This document shows, one piece after another, positions 19,643 to 29,493 of a stretch of 32,000 nt of DNA. Every line of letters starts with the position of its first letter. Position 1 is the first letter of the stretch. The notes under the pieces are model-generated. The model was not told where the DNA came from. It was given only the letters and a program-made list of their open reading frames with translations, and ran no database searches. The stretch comes from Oscillospiraceae bacterium. GTDB lineage: Bacteria > Bacillota > Clostridia > Oscillospirales > Oscillospiraceae. The position numbers and the translations under genes are program-made. The DNA lies in the NCBI GenBank assembly GCA_017527825.1, contig JAFXPO010000016.1, positions 151,568 through 183,567 on the forward strand, written 5' to 3'.

Positions 19643-21055
19643 ATGGTCTTTAGCAGTGTCAGTTTTCTGGTCTTTTTCCTGCCGGCGCTCCTCGTGTCGT
19701 ACTATCTTGTGCCGCGGCGCTTTCGTGAAGCGCGAAACGCCGTGCTGCTGGCGTTCAGCCTCGCGTTTTACGCCTGCGGCGGAGTGCGCTATCTGGCGCT
19801 GCTGATTCTGTCCATCGCCATCAACTATCTCTGCGGGCTGCTCGCGTCCGACGCCCACCGCGCCGGCGTTCGCCGCGCCGCGGTGGTGCTGGCGTGCGTG
19901 CTGGGGCTGGGGCTTCTGGGCTGGTTCAAGTACGCGGGCTTCTTCGCCCGGATTGTCAACGATCTCGGCGTCGCGATCCCGATCCCGCACATCGCGCTGC
20001 CCATCGGCATTTCGTTTTTTACCTTTCAGGGACTCAGCTACGTCATCGACGTGGCGCGGGGCGACGCGGCGTGTCAGCGTAACCCCTTGCGGGTGGCGCT
20101 GTATGTGGCGCTGTTCCCGCAGCTGGTGGCGGGACCCATCGTCCGCTACACAACGGTGGAGCGGGAGATCGGCGCGCGGGATGAATCGCTGGACGAATTC
20201 ACCGCGGGTCTGGTGCGCTTCCTCTTCGGTCTCGCCAAGAAGATGCTGCTGGCGAACGCCATGGGCGAGCTGACGGACAGCGTGTACGGGATGCCGCAGC
20301 TCTCGGCGTCGACCGCGTGGATCGGGGCGATCGCCTACACCTTCCAGATTTATTTCGATTTTTCCGCCTACTCCGACATGGCGATCGGGCTGGGACGGAT
20401 GTTCGGCTTCCATTTTCTCGAAAACTTCAACTACCCCTACGTCTCCGCCTCCGTGACGGAGTTCTGGCGACGCTGGCACATTTCGCTGTCCTCGTGGTTC
20501 CGGGATTACCTCTACATCCCCCTCGGCGGCAGCCGCTGCGGACGCGTCCGCCAGCTTCGCAATCTGGCGGTCGTCTGGCTGCTCACGGGGCTGTGGCACG
20601 GCGCGTCGTGGAACTTCATCGCGTGGGGCGCGTGGTTCTGTGTGCTGCTCATCGGAGAAAAGTTTCTCTATGGCGCGGCGCTGGAGCGCTCGCCCGCCGT
20701 GCTGCGCCACGTCTACACGATGCTGGCGGTCGTCATCAGCTGGGTCTTTTTCCGCGCGCCGACGATGAGCGCCGCGCTCGCGTTCCTGCGCGCCATGTGC
20801 GGCGGCGGAGCGGGCTGGTATTCCGCCGACTCCGTTTACTATCTGCGGGAGTATCTGCCTGAGCTGCTGATCTGTCCCGTCGCCTGCCTGCCCGTGCGAG
20901 ACGCCCTGCGGGGCATGCTGGAACGGCGGAGCGGTCGGGCGGCGGAGGCGGTCCTGATCCTCGCGCCGAAGCTGCTGGCGCTGGCGCTGCTGGGGCTTTC
21001 CTACATGAAGCTGGTCTCCGGCAGCTTCAACCCGTTCATCTACTTCCAGTTCTAG
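19643..21055 (+). CDS. Membrane-bound O-acyltransferase (MBOAT; AlgI/DltB family)
   Basis: Tracked ORF of 470 aa, polytopic. FWRRWHISLSSWFRDYLYIPLGG and GLWHGASW are typical MBOAT motifs. Confidence 0.85.
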   Translation: MVFSSVSFLVFFLPALLVSYYLVPRRFREARNAVLLAFSLAFYACGGVRYLALLILSIAINYLCGLLASDAHRAGVRRAAVVLACVLGLGLLGWFKYAGFFARIVNDLGVAIPIPHIALPIGISFFTFQGLSYVIDVARGDAACQRNPLRVALYVALFPQLVAGPIVRYTTVEREIGARDESLDEFTAGLVRFLFGLAKKMLLANAMGELTDSVYGMPQLSASTAWIGAIAYTFQIYFDFSAYSDMAIGLGRMFGFHFLENFNYPYVSASVTEFWRRWHISLSSWFRDYLYIPLGGSRCGRVRQLRNLAVVWLLTGLWHGASWNFIAWGAWFCVLLIGEKFLYGAALERSPAVLRHVYTMLAVVISWVFFRAPTMSAALAFLRAMCGGGAGWYSADSVYYLREYLPELLICPVACLPVRDALRGMLERRSGRAAEAVLILAPKLLALALLGLSYMKLVSGSFNPFIYFQF

Positions 21056-21064
21056 GGGGCGCGC

Positions 21065-22255
21065 ATGAAAAAGCTGAATCGTTTCGCGCAGCTCGCGACC
21101 GTCTCCGCCTTTGCGCTGTTCCTCATTGCCGCGATGCTGCTGACGTACCGCGCCCGCCACAAGGGCTATTCCTTCTACGAAAACCGCAATCTCGCGCCGC
21201 GTCCCGCCTATTCCGCCGGAGCGGTGCTGGACGGAACATGGTTCTCCGCGCTGGAGAGCTACCTGATCGACCGCGCGGCGGGGCACAACACGCTCGCGCG
21301 GCTCAACGCGCGGCTGGACATCGCGCTGCGCCGCCCCACGGTCAACAACGTGGTGGTGGAGGACGACCTGCTGTTGGCGATGCTGCCCTATCAGGCGGCG
21401 GACGCCGCGGCGCTGGAGGCGCGATCGGAGCGGATGGCGGAGCGCTTGCAGGAGATCGACGCGCTGGTGTCGTCCTGCGGCGGGCAGTTCTGCCACGTCC
21501 TTGTCCCCAGCCACTACGCCTACTACGCCGATCGCTACCCCGCCTTCCTCAACAATTTCGCCGAGGACACGGCGCTCCGCCGCGCGTCCTTCCGCGCCGC
21601 CCTTGAGCGGCGCGGCGTGGACTATGTGGACCTCTGGGACACCTTCGCGGCGCTGGGGTTCCCGTCGGAGCTTGGCTCCGCCGTCGATCACCACTACAGC
21701 GTGTACGGCGCGTACGAGATTTACCGCGCGGTGCTGGAACACTTCAACGAGCGCGGCGCGGGGCTGACGGTATACGACGCCTTTGACGACGCGCAGATCG
21801 ACAAGCCGTACCTCGGCTCCCGGATGCGCAAGCTGCTGGGCGCGTGGCAGTCCGACGAGCGGCTGCACTATTTTGTGCCGCGCGATGAAATCCCCTTCAC
21901 GCGCTCTGACAACGGTCACGAGAGCGCGTCCACCGTCTTTGCCTTCCCCGCGGCGGACGACGAGTGGGTGACCTACAGCTTTTTCATGGGCGGCGACATC
22001 CCCCACACGGTCATCGACACCCACCGCGACGAGCTGCCCAGCATTCTGATCTATGGCGACAGCTTTACCAACGCGCTGGAATCCATCGCCTATGTGAGCT
22101 TTGACGAGACGCATTCGCTGGATTTCCGCTATTACACCGATCAATTGACCTTGGGCGAGTACATCGAGCAATACCGACCCGACTATGTGATCTGCGTCCG
22201 CGATTACGAGGTGCTGCTGGAAACCGGCGGCAACGGCGTGGGCGTGGACGGATAA
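21065..22255 (+). CDS. DHHW / AlgJ-like extracytoplasmic partner of the MBOAT
   Basis: Tracked ORF of 396 aa with an N-terminal signal anchor. It has a VDHHYSVYGAY motif, a variant of DHHW. It lies 9 nt downstream of the MBOAT gene. Confidence 0.55.
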   Translation: MKKLNRFAQLATVSAFALFLIAAMLLTYRARHKGYSFYENRNLAPRPAYSAGAVLDGTWFSALESYLIDRAAGHNTLARLNARLDIALRRPTVNNVVVEDDLLLAMLPYQAADAAALEARSERMAERLQEIDALVSSCGGQFCHVLVPSHYAYYADRYPAFLNNFAEDTALRRASFRAALERRGVDYVDLWDTFAALGFPSELGSAVDHHYSVYGAYEIYRAVLEHFNERGAGLTVYDAFDDAQIDKPYLGSRMRKLLGAWQSDERLHYFVPRDEIPFTRSDNGHESASTVFAFPAADDEWVTYSFFMGGDIPHTVIDTHRDELPSILIYGDSFTNALESIAYVSFDETHSLDFRYYTDQLTLGEYIEQYRPDYVICVRDYEVLLETGGNGVGVDG

Positions 22256-22270
22256 AAAGGAGCCGTTTGT

Positions 22271-22966
22271 ATGAAAAAGGTCATCGGCATCATCGGCGGC
22301 ATGGGACCTCTCGCCACCGCCGACCTGTTCCGGAAGATCACGCTGCACGCCGCCGTCGCCTCCGATCAGGAGCACCCGCGGGTGGTGATCGATTCCAACA
22401 CCGATATCCCCGACCGCACGGAGGCACTGCTCCACGGCGGCAAAAGCCCCGTGCCGGAGATGGTGAACAGCGCGAGGCGGCTGGAACGCGCCGGCGCGGA
22501 AGTGCTGGTCATGCCCTGCAACACCGCCCACTGCTTTTTCGACGAGGTGGCGTCCTCGGTCAGGATTCCGATGCTGCACATGATTACCCTGACCTGTGAC
22601 GCGCTGCGCGCGCGCGGCGTGAAGCGGGCGGGGCTGCTGGCGACTGACGGCACGGTGCGGACCGGCATCTACCAGAACGCCTTTGATGACAACGATATCG
22701 CGCTGCTCACGCCGCCTCCCGCCGCCCAAGCCGCCGTCATGGATATCATCTACGGCGGCATCAAGGCGGGGAAGCTCGATTATGACGCCTCCGCCTTCCG
22801 CGCCGCCTGCGAGGGGCTGCTGGCGGCGGGCGCGGAGACGCTGGTGCTCGGCTGTACCGAGCTGCCCCCCGTGTTCGAGCTGTATCACCTCGACTACAGC
22901 GCCGTAGACCCGACGCTGGAGCTGGCGCTGGGCGCGCTGCGCTTCGCGGGCTGCCCCATCAAATGA
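22271..22966 (+). CDS. Aspartate racemase (Asp/Glu racemase family)
   Basis: Tracked ORF of 231 aa. GIIGGMGPLAT, MPCNTAH and LGCTELP contain the two catalytic Cys motifs. Confidence 0.8.
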   Translation: MKKVIGIIGGMGPLATADLFRKITLHAAVASDQEHPRVVIDSNTDIPDRTEALLHGGKSPVPEMVNSARRLERAGAEVLVMPCNTAHCFFDEVASSVRIPMLHMITLTCDALRARGVKRAGLLATDGTVRTGIYQNAFDDNDIALLTPPPAAQAAVMDIIYGGIKAGKLDYDASAFRAACEGLLAAGAETLVLGCTELPPVFELYHLDYSAVDPTLELALGALRFAGCPIK

Positions 22967-22979
22967 AGGAGGAGAACCC

Positions 22980-23810
22980 ATGGCATACGCCGATCAAATA
23001 TTCCGTCAAACCTGTCTGGACATCCTGAACAACGGCGTCCGGGACGACAACCTCACCGTCCGCCCCCACTGGGAGGACGGCGCCCCCGCCCACACCATCA
23101 AGAAATTCGGCGTGGTGAACCGCTACGACCTGCAAAAGGAGTTTCCGATCCTGACGCTGCGCCGCACCTACTGGAAGAGCGCGGTGGACGAGCTGCTGTG
23201 GATCTGGCAGAAAAAGTCCAACAACGTCCATGACCTGTCCTCCCACATCTGGGACGCGTGGGCGGACGAGAACGGCTCCATCGGCAAGGCTTACGGCTAC
23301 CAGCTCGGCGTAAAGCACCACTACAAAGAGGGCGATATGGATCAGGTGGATCGCGTGCTCTACGACCTCAAGCACAACCCCGCCTCGCGCCGCATCCTGA
23401 CCAACATCTACAATTTCGCGGATTTGAGCGAGATGGCGCTCTATCCCTGCGCCTACTCCATGACCTTCAACGTCAGCGGCGACACGCTCAACGCGATCTT
23501 AAACCAGCGTTCTCAGGACATGCTGGCGGCGAACAACTGGAATGTGGTGCAGTACGCGGTGCTCCTGCACATGTTCGCGCAGGTCAGCGGGCTGAAGGCA
23601 GGCGAGCTGGTGCATGTTATCGCCGACTGCCACATCTACGACCGGCACATCCCCATCATCGAAAAGATGCTCAACGAGCCGGAGCGTCCCGCGCCGACGT
23701 TCACCGTCGACTCGGCGGTGACGGATTTCTACGCCTTCACCAAGGACAGCTTCACGCTGGAGCACTACGAATACTCCCCCTTTGAGGACAAGATCCCCAT
23801 TGCGATTTAA
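22980..23810 (+). CDS. thyA: Thymidylate synthase
   Basis: Tracked ORF of 276 aa. Motifs include ELLWIWQ, RRILTNIYN, LYPCAYSMTFNV (active-site Cys) and NQRSQDMLAANNWN. Confidence 0.93.
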   Translation: MAYADQIFRQTCLDILNNGVRDDNLTVRPHWEDGAPAHTIKKFGVVNRYDLQKEFPILTLRRTYWKSAVDELLWIWQKKSNNVHDLSSHIWDAWADENGSIGKAYGYQLGVKHHYKEGDMDQVDRVLYDLKHNPASRRILTNIYNFADLSEMALYPCAYSMTFNVSGDTLNAILNQRSQDMLAANNWNVVQYAVLLHMFAQVSGLKAGELVHVIADCHIYDRHIPIIEKMLNEPERPAPTFTVDSAVTDFYAFTKDSFTLEHYEYSPFEDKIPIAI

Positions 23811-23829
23811 AGAAAAGCGAGGCTTAACT

Positions 23830-24303
23830 ATGCAAGCAATTGTCTGTGTCAGCGAAAACTGGGGCATTGGCGTGGACGGCGATCTGCTGTTCCGCATCTC
23901 CGCCGACATGAAGCGCTTCCGCGAGCTGACCGTCGGCAAAACGGTGATTTACGGTTCGCGCACGCTCAAAACCTTCCCCGGCGGAAAGCCCCTCCCCAAC
24001 CGCCGCAACATTCTCCTGACCCACAGCGAAGAGCCTGTTGACGGCGCGGAGCTGGCACACACGCCGGAGGAAGCCGTCGCTCTGGCGGGGGACGACGCCA
24101 TTGTGATCGGCGGCGCCAGCGTCTACACGCAGATGCGCCCTTACTTTGACCGCGTCCGCGCCACGAAGGTCTTTGCCGCGCCCAGGGCGGACAGCTTTTT
24201 CCCCAACCTCGACAAGCACGCCGACTGGCGCATCGCGTTTGAAAGCGAGATCATGGAGGAAAACGGCCTCCGCTTCCAATACGTTGACTATGTGAAGAAG
24301 TAA
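23830..24303 (+). CDS. folA: Dihydrofolate reductase
   Basis: Tracked ORF 23782..24303, trimmed to the ATG at 23830. MQAIVCVSENWGIG...MKRFRELT...GSRT...PLPNRRNILLT is the DHFR signature. Confidence 0.9.
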   Translation: MQAIVCVSENWGIGVDGDLLFRISADMKRFRELTVGKTVIYGSRTLKTFPGGKPLPNRRNILLTHSEEPVDGAELAHTPEEAVALAGDDAIVIGGASVYTQMRPYFDRVRATKVFAAPRADSFFPNLDKHADWRIAFESEIMEENGLRFQYVDYVKK

Positions 24304-24306
24304 ACC

Positions 24307-26355
24307 ATGCCTGACATGACCACCAACGTGCGCTACGTCAGGGGGATCGGCGAGCAGCGGGCAAAATCTCTGCAAAAGCTGGGGATTACGAACCTGCGGG
24401 AACTGATCTCCTACTTTCCGCGCGCCTATGAGGACCGGCGGGAATACCGGCGCATCGCCGACCTTGTTCCGGGGGAAAACGCCTGCGTCCGCGCGATGGT
24501 GGCGACGGAGCCGAAGCTCTCCCACATCCGCAAGGGACTGGACCTCGTCAAGCTCCGCGTGGTGGACGAATCGGCGGCGCTGGAGCTGACATACTTCAAC
24601 CAAAGCTATCTCAAAAACAGCTTTCATCTTGGTGAGGAATACGTCTTTTACGGCAAGGCGGAGGGGAATCCGCCGCGGCGGCAGATGGTGAATCCCCTGT
24701 TCGAGCCGGAGGGCGCGAACCGCGTCACGGGGCGCATCGTGCCGATCTACCCGCTGACCGCCGGCGTGAGCCAGAACGTGCTCTCCTCCGCCGTGCGGCA
24801 GGGGCTGGACGCCTGCGCCGACGATCTCACCGACTTCCTCCCGGAGGACGTGCGCAAGTCCTGTCAGCTCTGCCACGTCCGCTACGCCTACGAAAACGTC
24901 CACTTTCCCGCGGACGAAGAGGCGCTCGCCGTTGCCCGGCGACGGCTGGCGTTCGAGGAGCTGTACCTTTTGACACTGGGGCTTCGCCTGTTGCGCGATC
25001 GCCGCGGCGCCGTGACCGGGCAGAAATGCGCCCCGACCGACCTCGCGCCGTTCTACGACGCGCTGCCCTTCTCCCTCACCGGCGCGCAGAAACGCGCCAT
25101 CGGCGACGCGGTGCGGGACATGTGCGCCGACCGCCCCATGAACCGTCTCGTGCAGGGCGACGTCGGCTCCGGCAAGACGATGGTTGCCGCGGCGGCGATC
25201 TGGTTCGCGGCGCAAAACGGCATGCAGTCGGCGCTCATGGCGCCCACTGAGATTCTGGCGGAGCAGCATTACAAGACCATCGCCCCGCTGCTGGAGGGCT
25301 TTGGCGTCCGCTGTGCGCTCTTGACCGCCGCCACCACGGCGAAAACCCGCCGCTCGGTTTTAGAGCAGCTCTCAAGCGGCGAGATCACGCTTGCCATCGG
25401 CACCCACGCGCTGCTGTCGGCGGATGTGACCTATCAGCGGCTGGGACTGGTGGTGACCGACGAGCAGCACCGCTTCGGCGTGGACCAGCGCGCGGCGCTG
25501 GGCGCGAAGGGCGACAATCCGCACCTGCTGGTCATGTCCGCGACGCCCATCCCCCGCACGCTGGCGCTGATGATTTACGGCGACCTCGACGTGTCGCTCA
25601 TCGACGAGCTGCCTCCCGGTCGCCAGAGCATCGACACCTACGCGGTCAATTCCGGCTACCACAAGCGCATCTATGATTTTCTCCGCAAGCTCATTGCCGA
25701 GGGGAGGCAGGCGTACATCATCTGCCCCATGGTCGCGGAGAACGACGAATTGCCGGACGAGCGCAAGGCGGTCACCGTCTACGCCGAGGCGCTGCAAAAG
25801 GACGTCTTTCCCGATCTCACGGTGACGCCCATCCACGGCAAGATGAAGCCGAAGGAAAAGGACGCGGTCATGCGCGCCTTCGCCGCCGGGGAGATCGACA
25901 TTCTGGTTTCCACCACGGTGGTGGAGGTGGGCGTGGACGTGCCCAACGCGGCGGTCATGCTCATCGAGAACGCCGAGTGCTTTGGGCTTTCCCAGCTCCA
26001 CCAGCTGCGTGGGCGCGTGGGACGCGGGTCGCACAAGTCCTACTGCATCCTCGTCTCTGACAACACGGGCGAGGACAACCGCCAGCGGCTCGCGGTCATG
26101 ACGAAAACCAACAACGGCTTTGCCATCGCCGAGGAGGACCTGAAGCTCCGCGGGCCCGGCGACTTCTTCGGCTCGCGCCAGCACGGTCTGCCCTCGCTGC
26201 GCGTCGCCGATCTCACCTGCGACATGGAGCTGCTGCACCTCTCACGCGCCGCGGCGGAGCGGCTGATCGCGGACGATCCCGATCTCGCGGCGCACCCTGC
26301 CCTGCGTGGGCGAATCGACGAGCTTTTTGAGCTCCACGCCACAGCGATGAATTGA
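24307..26355 (+). CDS. recG: ATP-dependent DNA helicase RecG
   Basis: Tracked ORF of 682 aa. It has a wedge domain, helicase motifs GDVGSGKT, DEQHRFG, MSATPIPR, ENAECFGLSQLHQLRGRVGRG and TRG motif-like KLRGPGDFFG. Confidence 0.95.
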   Translation: MPDMTTNVRYVRGIGEQRAKSLQKLGITNLRELISYFPRAYEDRREYRRIADLVPGENACVRAMVATEPKLSHIRKGLDLVKLRVVDESAALELTYFNQSYLKNSFHLGEEYVFYGKAEGNPPRRQMVNPLFEPEGANRVTGRIVPIYPLTAGVSQNVLSSAVRQGLDACADDLTDFLPEDVRKSCQLCHVRYAYENVHFPADEEALAVARRRLAFEELYLLTLGLRLLRDRRGAVTGQKCAPTDLAPFYDALPFSLTGAQKRAIGDAVRDMCADRPMNRLVQGDVGSGKTMVAAAAIWFAAQNGMQSALMAPTEILAEQHYKTIAPLLEGFGVRCALLTAATTAKTRRSVLEQLSSGEITLAIGTHALLSADVTYQRLGLVVTDEQHRFGVDQRAALGAKGDNPHLLVMSATPIPRTLALMIYGDLDVSLIDELPPGRQSIDTYAVNSGYHKRIYDFLRKLIAEGRQAYIICPMVAENDELPDERKAVTVYAEALQKDVFPDLTVTPIHGKMKPKEKDAVMRAFAAGEIDILVSTTVVEVGVDVPNAAVMLIENAECFGLSQLHQLRGRVGRGSHKSYCILVSDNTGEDNRQRLAVMTKTNNGFAIAEEDLKLRGPGDFFGSRQHGLPSLRVADLTCDMELLHLSRAAAERLIADDPDLAAHPALRGRIDELFELHATAMN

Positions 26356-26435
26356 GGTGGTTTTACGGAACACGCCACAAAAATGAGAATTGCACGGACA
26401 AGATGTGCGTCACCGAAAATACCCGAAAAACCAAA

Positions 26436-26463
26436 GGGTTCCGTCCAACGACGGAACCCTTTT
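26436..26463. terminator. Bidirectional terminator shared by recG and the convergent minus-strand operon
   Basis: gggttccgtc-caac-gacggaaccc followed by tttt, and preceded by aaa. Confidence 0.75.
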
Positions 26464-26467
26464 CGCG

Positions 26468-27742
26468 TTATATCAGTTGTACGCCGCCGACGTTGCGGAT
26501 CTGCACGGTGTGGCAGCAGCCCTTGCCGAACTCATCCTCCATGGCGGCGACGAAGCCGTCCAGCCGCTCCAGCGGCACATACGCCTGCGCGGTTCCGGCG
26601 AAGCCGCCGCCGTGAACCCGCGCCGCGCCGGTTTCGCCCGCCAGCTCCCGCGCCCTTCGAATCACCCGCAGCAGCCGGTCACCGTCAGGACGGTTGACGG
26701 ACACGTTTTGCAGCTTGGTCTCCGAGGATTCCCCCGACTCCCGCACCAGCGCGAGGAAACCCGCGAAGTCGCCGCGCTTGAGCGCCTCGTACTGCGCCAC
26801 GGCGCGTTTGGTCTCGGCGAAGTAATGCTCCGCGCGGAGCGCCGGACGCTCCCCCAGAGCGGCGCGCACCTCGTCCTCCCGCCGGAAGAACTCGGCTTCG
26901 TCCACCTCATGCAGCACGGTCTTGCCGAAGAACCTCGCCACGTCGCCCATCTCCCGCGTGATGGCGGCGTACTCGCCGTCCAGATCGGAGTGATTGGCGC
27001 CGCTGTCGATGACCACCAGCGCATAGCCCTCCCAGTCCACCGCGCAGCGCTGCACGGCGGGGTTCTGGGGATCGGCAAAGTCGATGGCGACCACGCCGCC
27101 GGTGGCGCACGCCATCTGGTCGAGCAAGCCGCAGGGCTTGCCGTAGTAGACGTTCTCGGCGTACTGACCGACCTTGGCGAGGTCGGTGGAATCGAATTTC
27201 CCGCCGCAGAAAAGCTGGTTGATGATCTGCCCGATGAGCACCTCGAACGCCGCGGAGCTGGAAAGCCCGCTGCCCCGCAGCACGCGGGTCTCGGTGTAGG
27301 CGTTGAAGCCGCCCACGCCGCCGCCCAGCTCCCGCAGGCGCACCGCCACGCCGCGCACCAGCGCGGAGGAACTGCTCTGCTCCGACGCGCGCACGTCGGT
27401 GTCGTGCAGGTCCACGCGCACGGGGTTGTGTCCCTTGGAGAGCACGCAGATGATCGGCTCGTCGCAGCGGGCAACGCAGGCGAGCGTGTCCATGTCCACG
27501 CTGCCGGCAAGACCGCAGCCGTGCTGGTGGTCGGTATGGTTACCGCCCAGCTCGGTGCGCCCCGGCGCGCTGAACACCGTCAGATCGCATGTCTCGCCGG
27601 GGTCGAAGTTCTCGCAGAACCCGCGCACCACCGACTCAATGCGGCTATACACCGTTTTGAGCGCCCTCTCGCCGTACACCGGGCGCAGGGCGTCATCGAA
27701 CCGCCCGTCATAGAGGGCGCTGAGCAATTCCTTCGCGTGCAT
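26468..27742 (-). CDS. Galactokinase-family GHMP sugar kinase with a non-canonical N-terminal signature
   Basis: Tracked ORF of 424 aa. GHMP motif II is LRGSGLSSSAAFEV and motif III is VHGGGFAGT. The N-terminal motif is PGRTELGGNHTDHQHG rather than the canonical GRVNLIGEHTDY. Confidence 0.75.
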   Translation of the reverse strand: MHAKELLSALYDGRFDDALRPVYGERALKTVYSRIESVVRGFCENFDPGETCDLTVFSAPGRTELGGNHTDHQHGCGLAGSVDMDTLACVARCDEPIICVLSKGHNPVRVDLHDTDVRASEQSSSSALVRGVAVRLRELGGGVGGFNAYTETRVLRGSGLSSSAAFEVLIGQIINQLFCGGKFDSTDLAKVGQYAENVYYGKPCGLLDQMACATGGVVAIDFADPQNPAVQRCAVDWEGYALVVIDSGANHSDLDGEYAAITREMGDVARFFGKTVLHEVDEAEFFRREDEVRAALGERPALRAEHYFAETKRAVAQYEALKRGDFAGFLALVRESGESSETKLQNVSVNRPDGDRLLRVIRRARELAGETGAARVHGGGFAGTAQAYVPLERLDGFVAAMEDEFGKGCCHTVQIRNVGGVQLI

Positions 27743-27753
27743 CGTTACCTCCG

Positions 27754-29478
27754 TCAGCCCGCCTGCGCGATTTTGGCAAGCTCCTCTTCCTCCAGCTTGC
27801 GGTAAGCCACCTTGCCGACGAGCGTCTTGGGCAGCTCGTCGCGGAACTCCACGTCGTAGGGCATGGCGTACTTCGCGACATGCTTCGCGCAGTGGTCGAG
27901 GATGGACTGCTTGACCTCCTCCGTGGGCTGGAAGCCCGCGTTGAGCTTCACAAACGCCTTGACCTTCTGCATCTTATAGGTGTCGGGCACGCCGATGACG
28001 CAGCTCATCTGCACCGCCTCATGGGCGTCGATGATGTTCTCGATCTGGGCGGGATAGACGTTGTAGCCGGAGGAGATAATCATACGCTTGGCGCGTCCCT
28101 TGAAGAACACGAAGCCCTCGCTGTCCATGGTGCCGAGGTCGCCGGTGTAGACCCAGGTCAGCCCGTCGGCATGGGTGCGCAGCGTGTTCGCCGTCTCGTC
28201 GGGGTGCTTCATGTACTCCTTCATGGCGGTGGGACCGGAGAGCAGAATCTCGCCTTCCTGACCGTAGGGCAGCTCTTTGTCGGTACCCGGCTCAACGATC
28301 TTGATATAGGTGTCGGGGAACGGGATGCCGATGGAGCCTTCCTTGTGCATGTGCGGCGGAGTGAGGCAGCAGGCGGTGACGGTCTCGGTGGTGCCGTAGC
28401 CCTCGCGCACCTGAACGACCGCCTTGTGGTCATAGAGGAACCTGTCGAACTTCTTCTTCAGCTCGATGCTGAGGCTGTCGCCGCCGGAGAACACGCCCTT
28501 GAGGCTGGAGAAGTCGGCGCGATCCATGCCCGGCAGTCGCAGCAGCGCCTCATAGAGCGTGGGGACGCCGGCGATGAAGTTGCAGTGGTACTTGGTGATC
28601 TGCTTGGCGTAGGACTTGGGCGTGAAGCGCGGGATCAGGATGCAGCGCCCGCCCTGCGAGAGCATGGAGTGGACGCAGACGCCGAGACCGAAGCCGTGGA
28701 AGAGCGGCATGGCGGCGAGCATCTTGTCGCCGGGGCGGAACATGGGGTTCGTCGCGACGATCTGCTGACCGAGCGCGTTGAAGTTGCGGTTGGTGAGCAC
28801 GATGCCCTTGGTGGTGCCGGTGGTACCGCCGGAGTAGAGGATCACGGCGGGGTCCTCGCCGCGGCGCGGCACCTTGTAGGTCTTGTAGAAGCAGGACTTG
28901 GAAAGGCGCAGGAAATCCTTCCACATCAGCACCGGCGCGTCGGCGGGAATCTTCTCGATCTTGCGGCCGGCGGTGAGCATATAGCCCGCCTTGATGGGCT
29001 TGGAGAGCGCGTCCTTGACGGAGGCGATGACGATGTTCACGACCTTGGTGTTCTGGCGGATGCGCTCGAACTTGTCGTAGAACTGATCGAGCGTGATGGC
29101 GAGCACGCTTTCGGATTCGTTCAGGTAGAACTCGATCTCCTTCTCCGCGGAGAGCGGATGGATCATGTTGGCGATGCCGCCGACCAGATTGACGGCATAG
29201 AACAGGAAAATCGCCTGCGGGCAGTTCGGCATGGCGATGGTGACCTTGTCGTTCTCGCGGATGCCGATGGTCTTGAGCGCCTTGGCGCAGCGCTCGATCT
29301 CCATGACCATCTGGCGGTATGTGGTGGACTTGCCCATGAAATCAAAGGCGATCTGGTTGGGGTATTTTTTCGCGACGTTCTCCACCGCCTCGAACATGGA
29401 ACCGTCGAAGTAATCCAGATGCATGGGCACCTCACCCATGGAATTCTTCCAGGGAGTTTTCACAGTAATATCGCTCAT
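27754..29478 (-). CDS. AMP-forming acyl-CoA ligase (long-chain fatty-acid-CoA ligase-like)
   Basis: Tracked ORF of 574 aa. YSGGTTGTTKG is the AMP-binding motif. GYGTTE, YTGDLG and the C-terminal LPKTLVGKV are also present. Confidence 0.85.
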   Translation of the reverse strand: MSDITVKTPWKNSMGEVPMHLDYFDGSMFEAVENVAKKYPNQIAFDFMGKSTTYRQMVMEIERCAKALKTIGIRENDKVTIAMPNCPQAIFLFYAVNLVGGIANMIHPLSAEKEIEFYLNESESVLAITLDQFYDKFERIRQNTKVVNIVIASVKDALSKPIKAGYMLTAGRKIEKIPADAPVLMWKDFLRLSKSCFYKTYKVPRRGEDPAVILYSGGTTGTTKGIVLTNRNFNALGQQIVATNPMFRPGDKMLAAMPLFHGFGLGVCVHSMLSQGGRCILIPRFTPKSYAKQITKYHCNFIAGVPTLYEALLRLPGMDRADFSSLKGVFSGGDSLSIELKKKFDRFLYDHKAVVQVREGYGTTETVTACCLTPPHMHKEGSIGIPFPDTYIKIVEPGTDKELPYGQEGEILLSGPTAMKEYMKHPDETANTLRTHADGLTWVYTGDLGTMDSEGFVFFKGRAKRMIISSGYNVYPAQIENIIDAHEAVQMSCVIGVPDTYKMQKVKAFVKLNAGFQPTEEVKQSILDHCAKHVAKYAMPYDVEFRDELPKTLVGKVAYRKLEEEELAKIAQAG

Positions 29479-29493
29479 GAGAAAAAACCTTCC

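Noticed and set aside
19643-22966. The idea that MBOAT, the DHHW-like protein and aspartate racemase form a Dlt-like D-amino-acid esterification system.
   Set aside because: No carrier protein or adenylating ligase is adjacent. All genes from udp to recG lie on the plus strand with gaps of 3-34 nt and mix unrelated housekeeping functions, so adjacency carries little weight.
19574-22981. 1135-aa minus-strand ORF. Similar long ORFs lie opposite real genes at 256..1416, 2742..4160, 7183..9372, 9895..10968, 11733..12632, 14647..16566, 23824..25269, 26390..27805 and 27880..30498.
   Set aside because: They are Arg/Gly/Pro/Ala/His-rich, low-complexity shadow frames opposite genes with clear motifs, as expected in GC-rich DNA where stop codons are rare. 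None has a convincing Shine-Dalgarno site or a recognisable motif.
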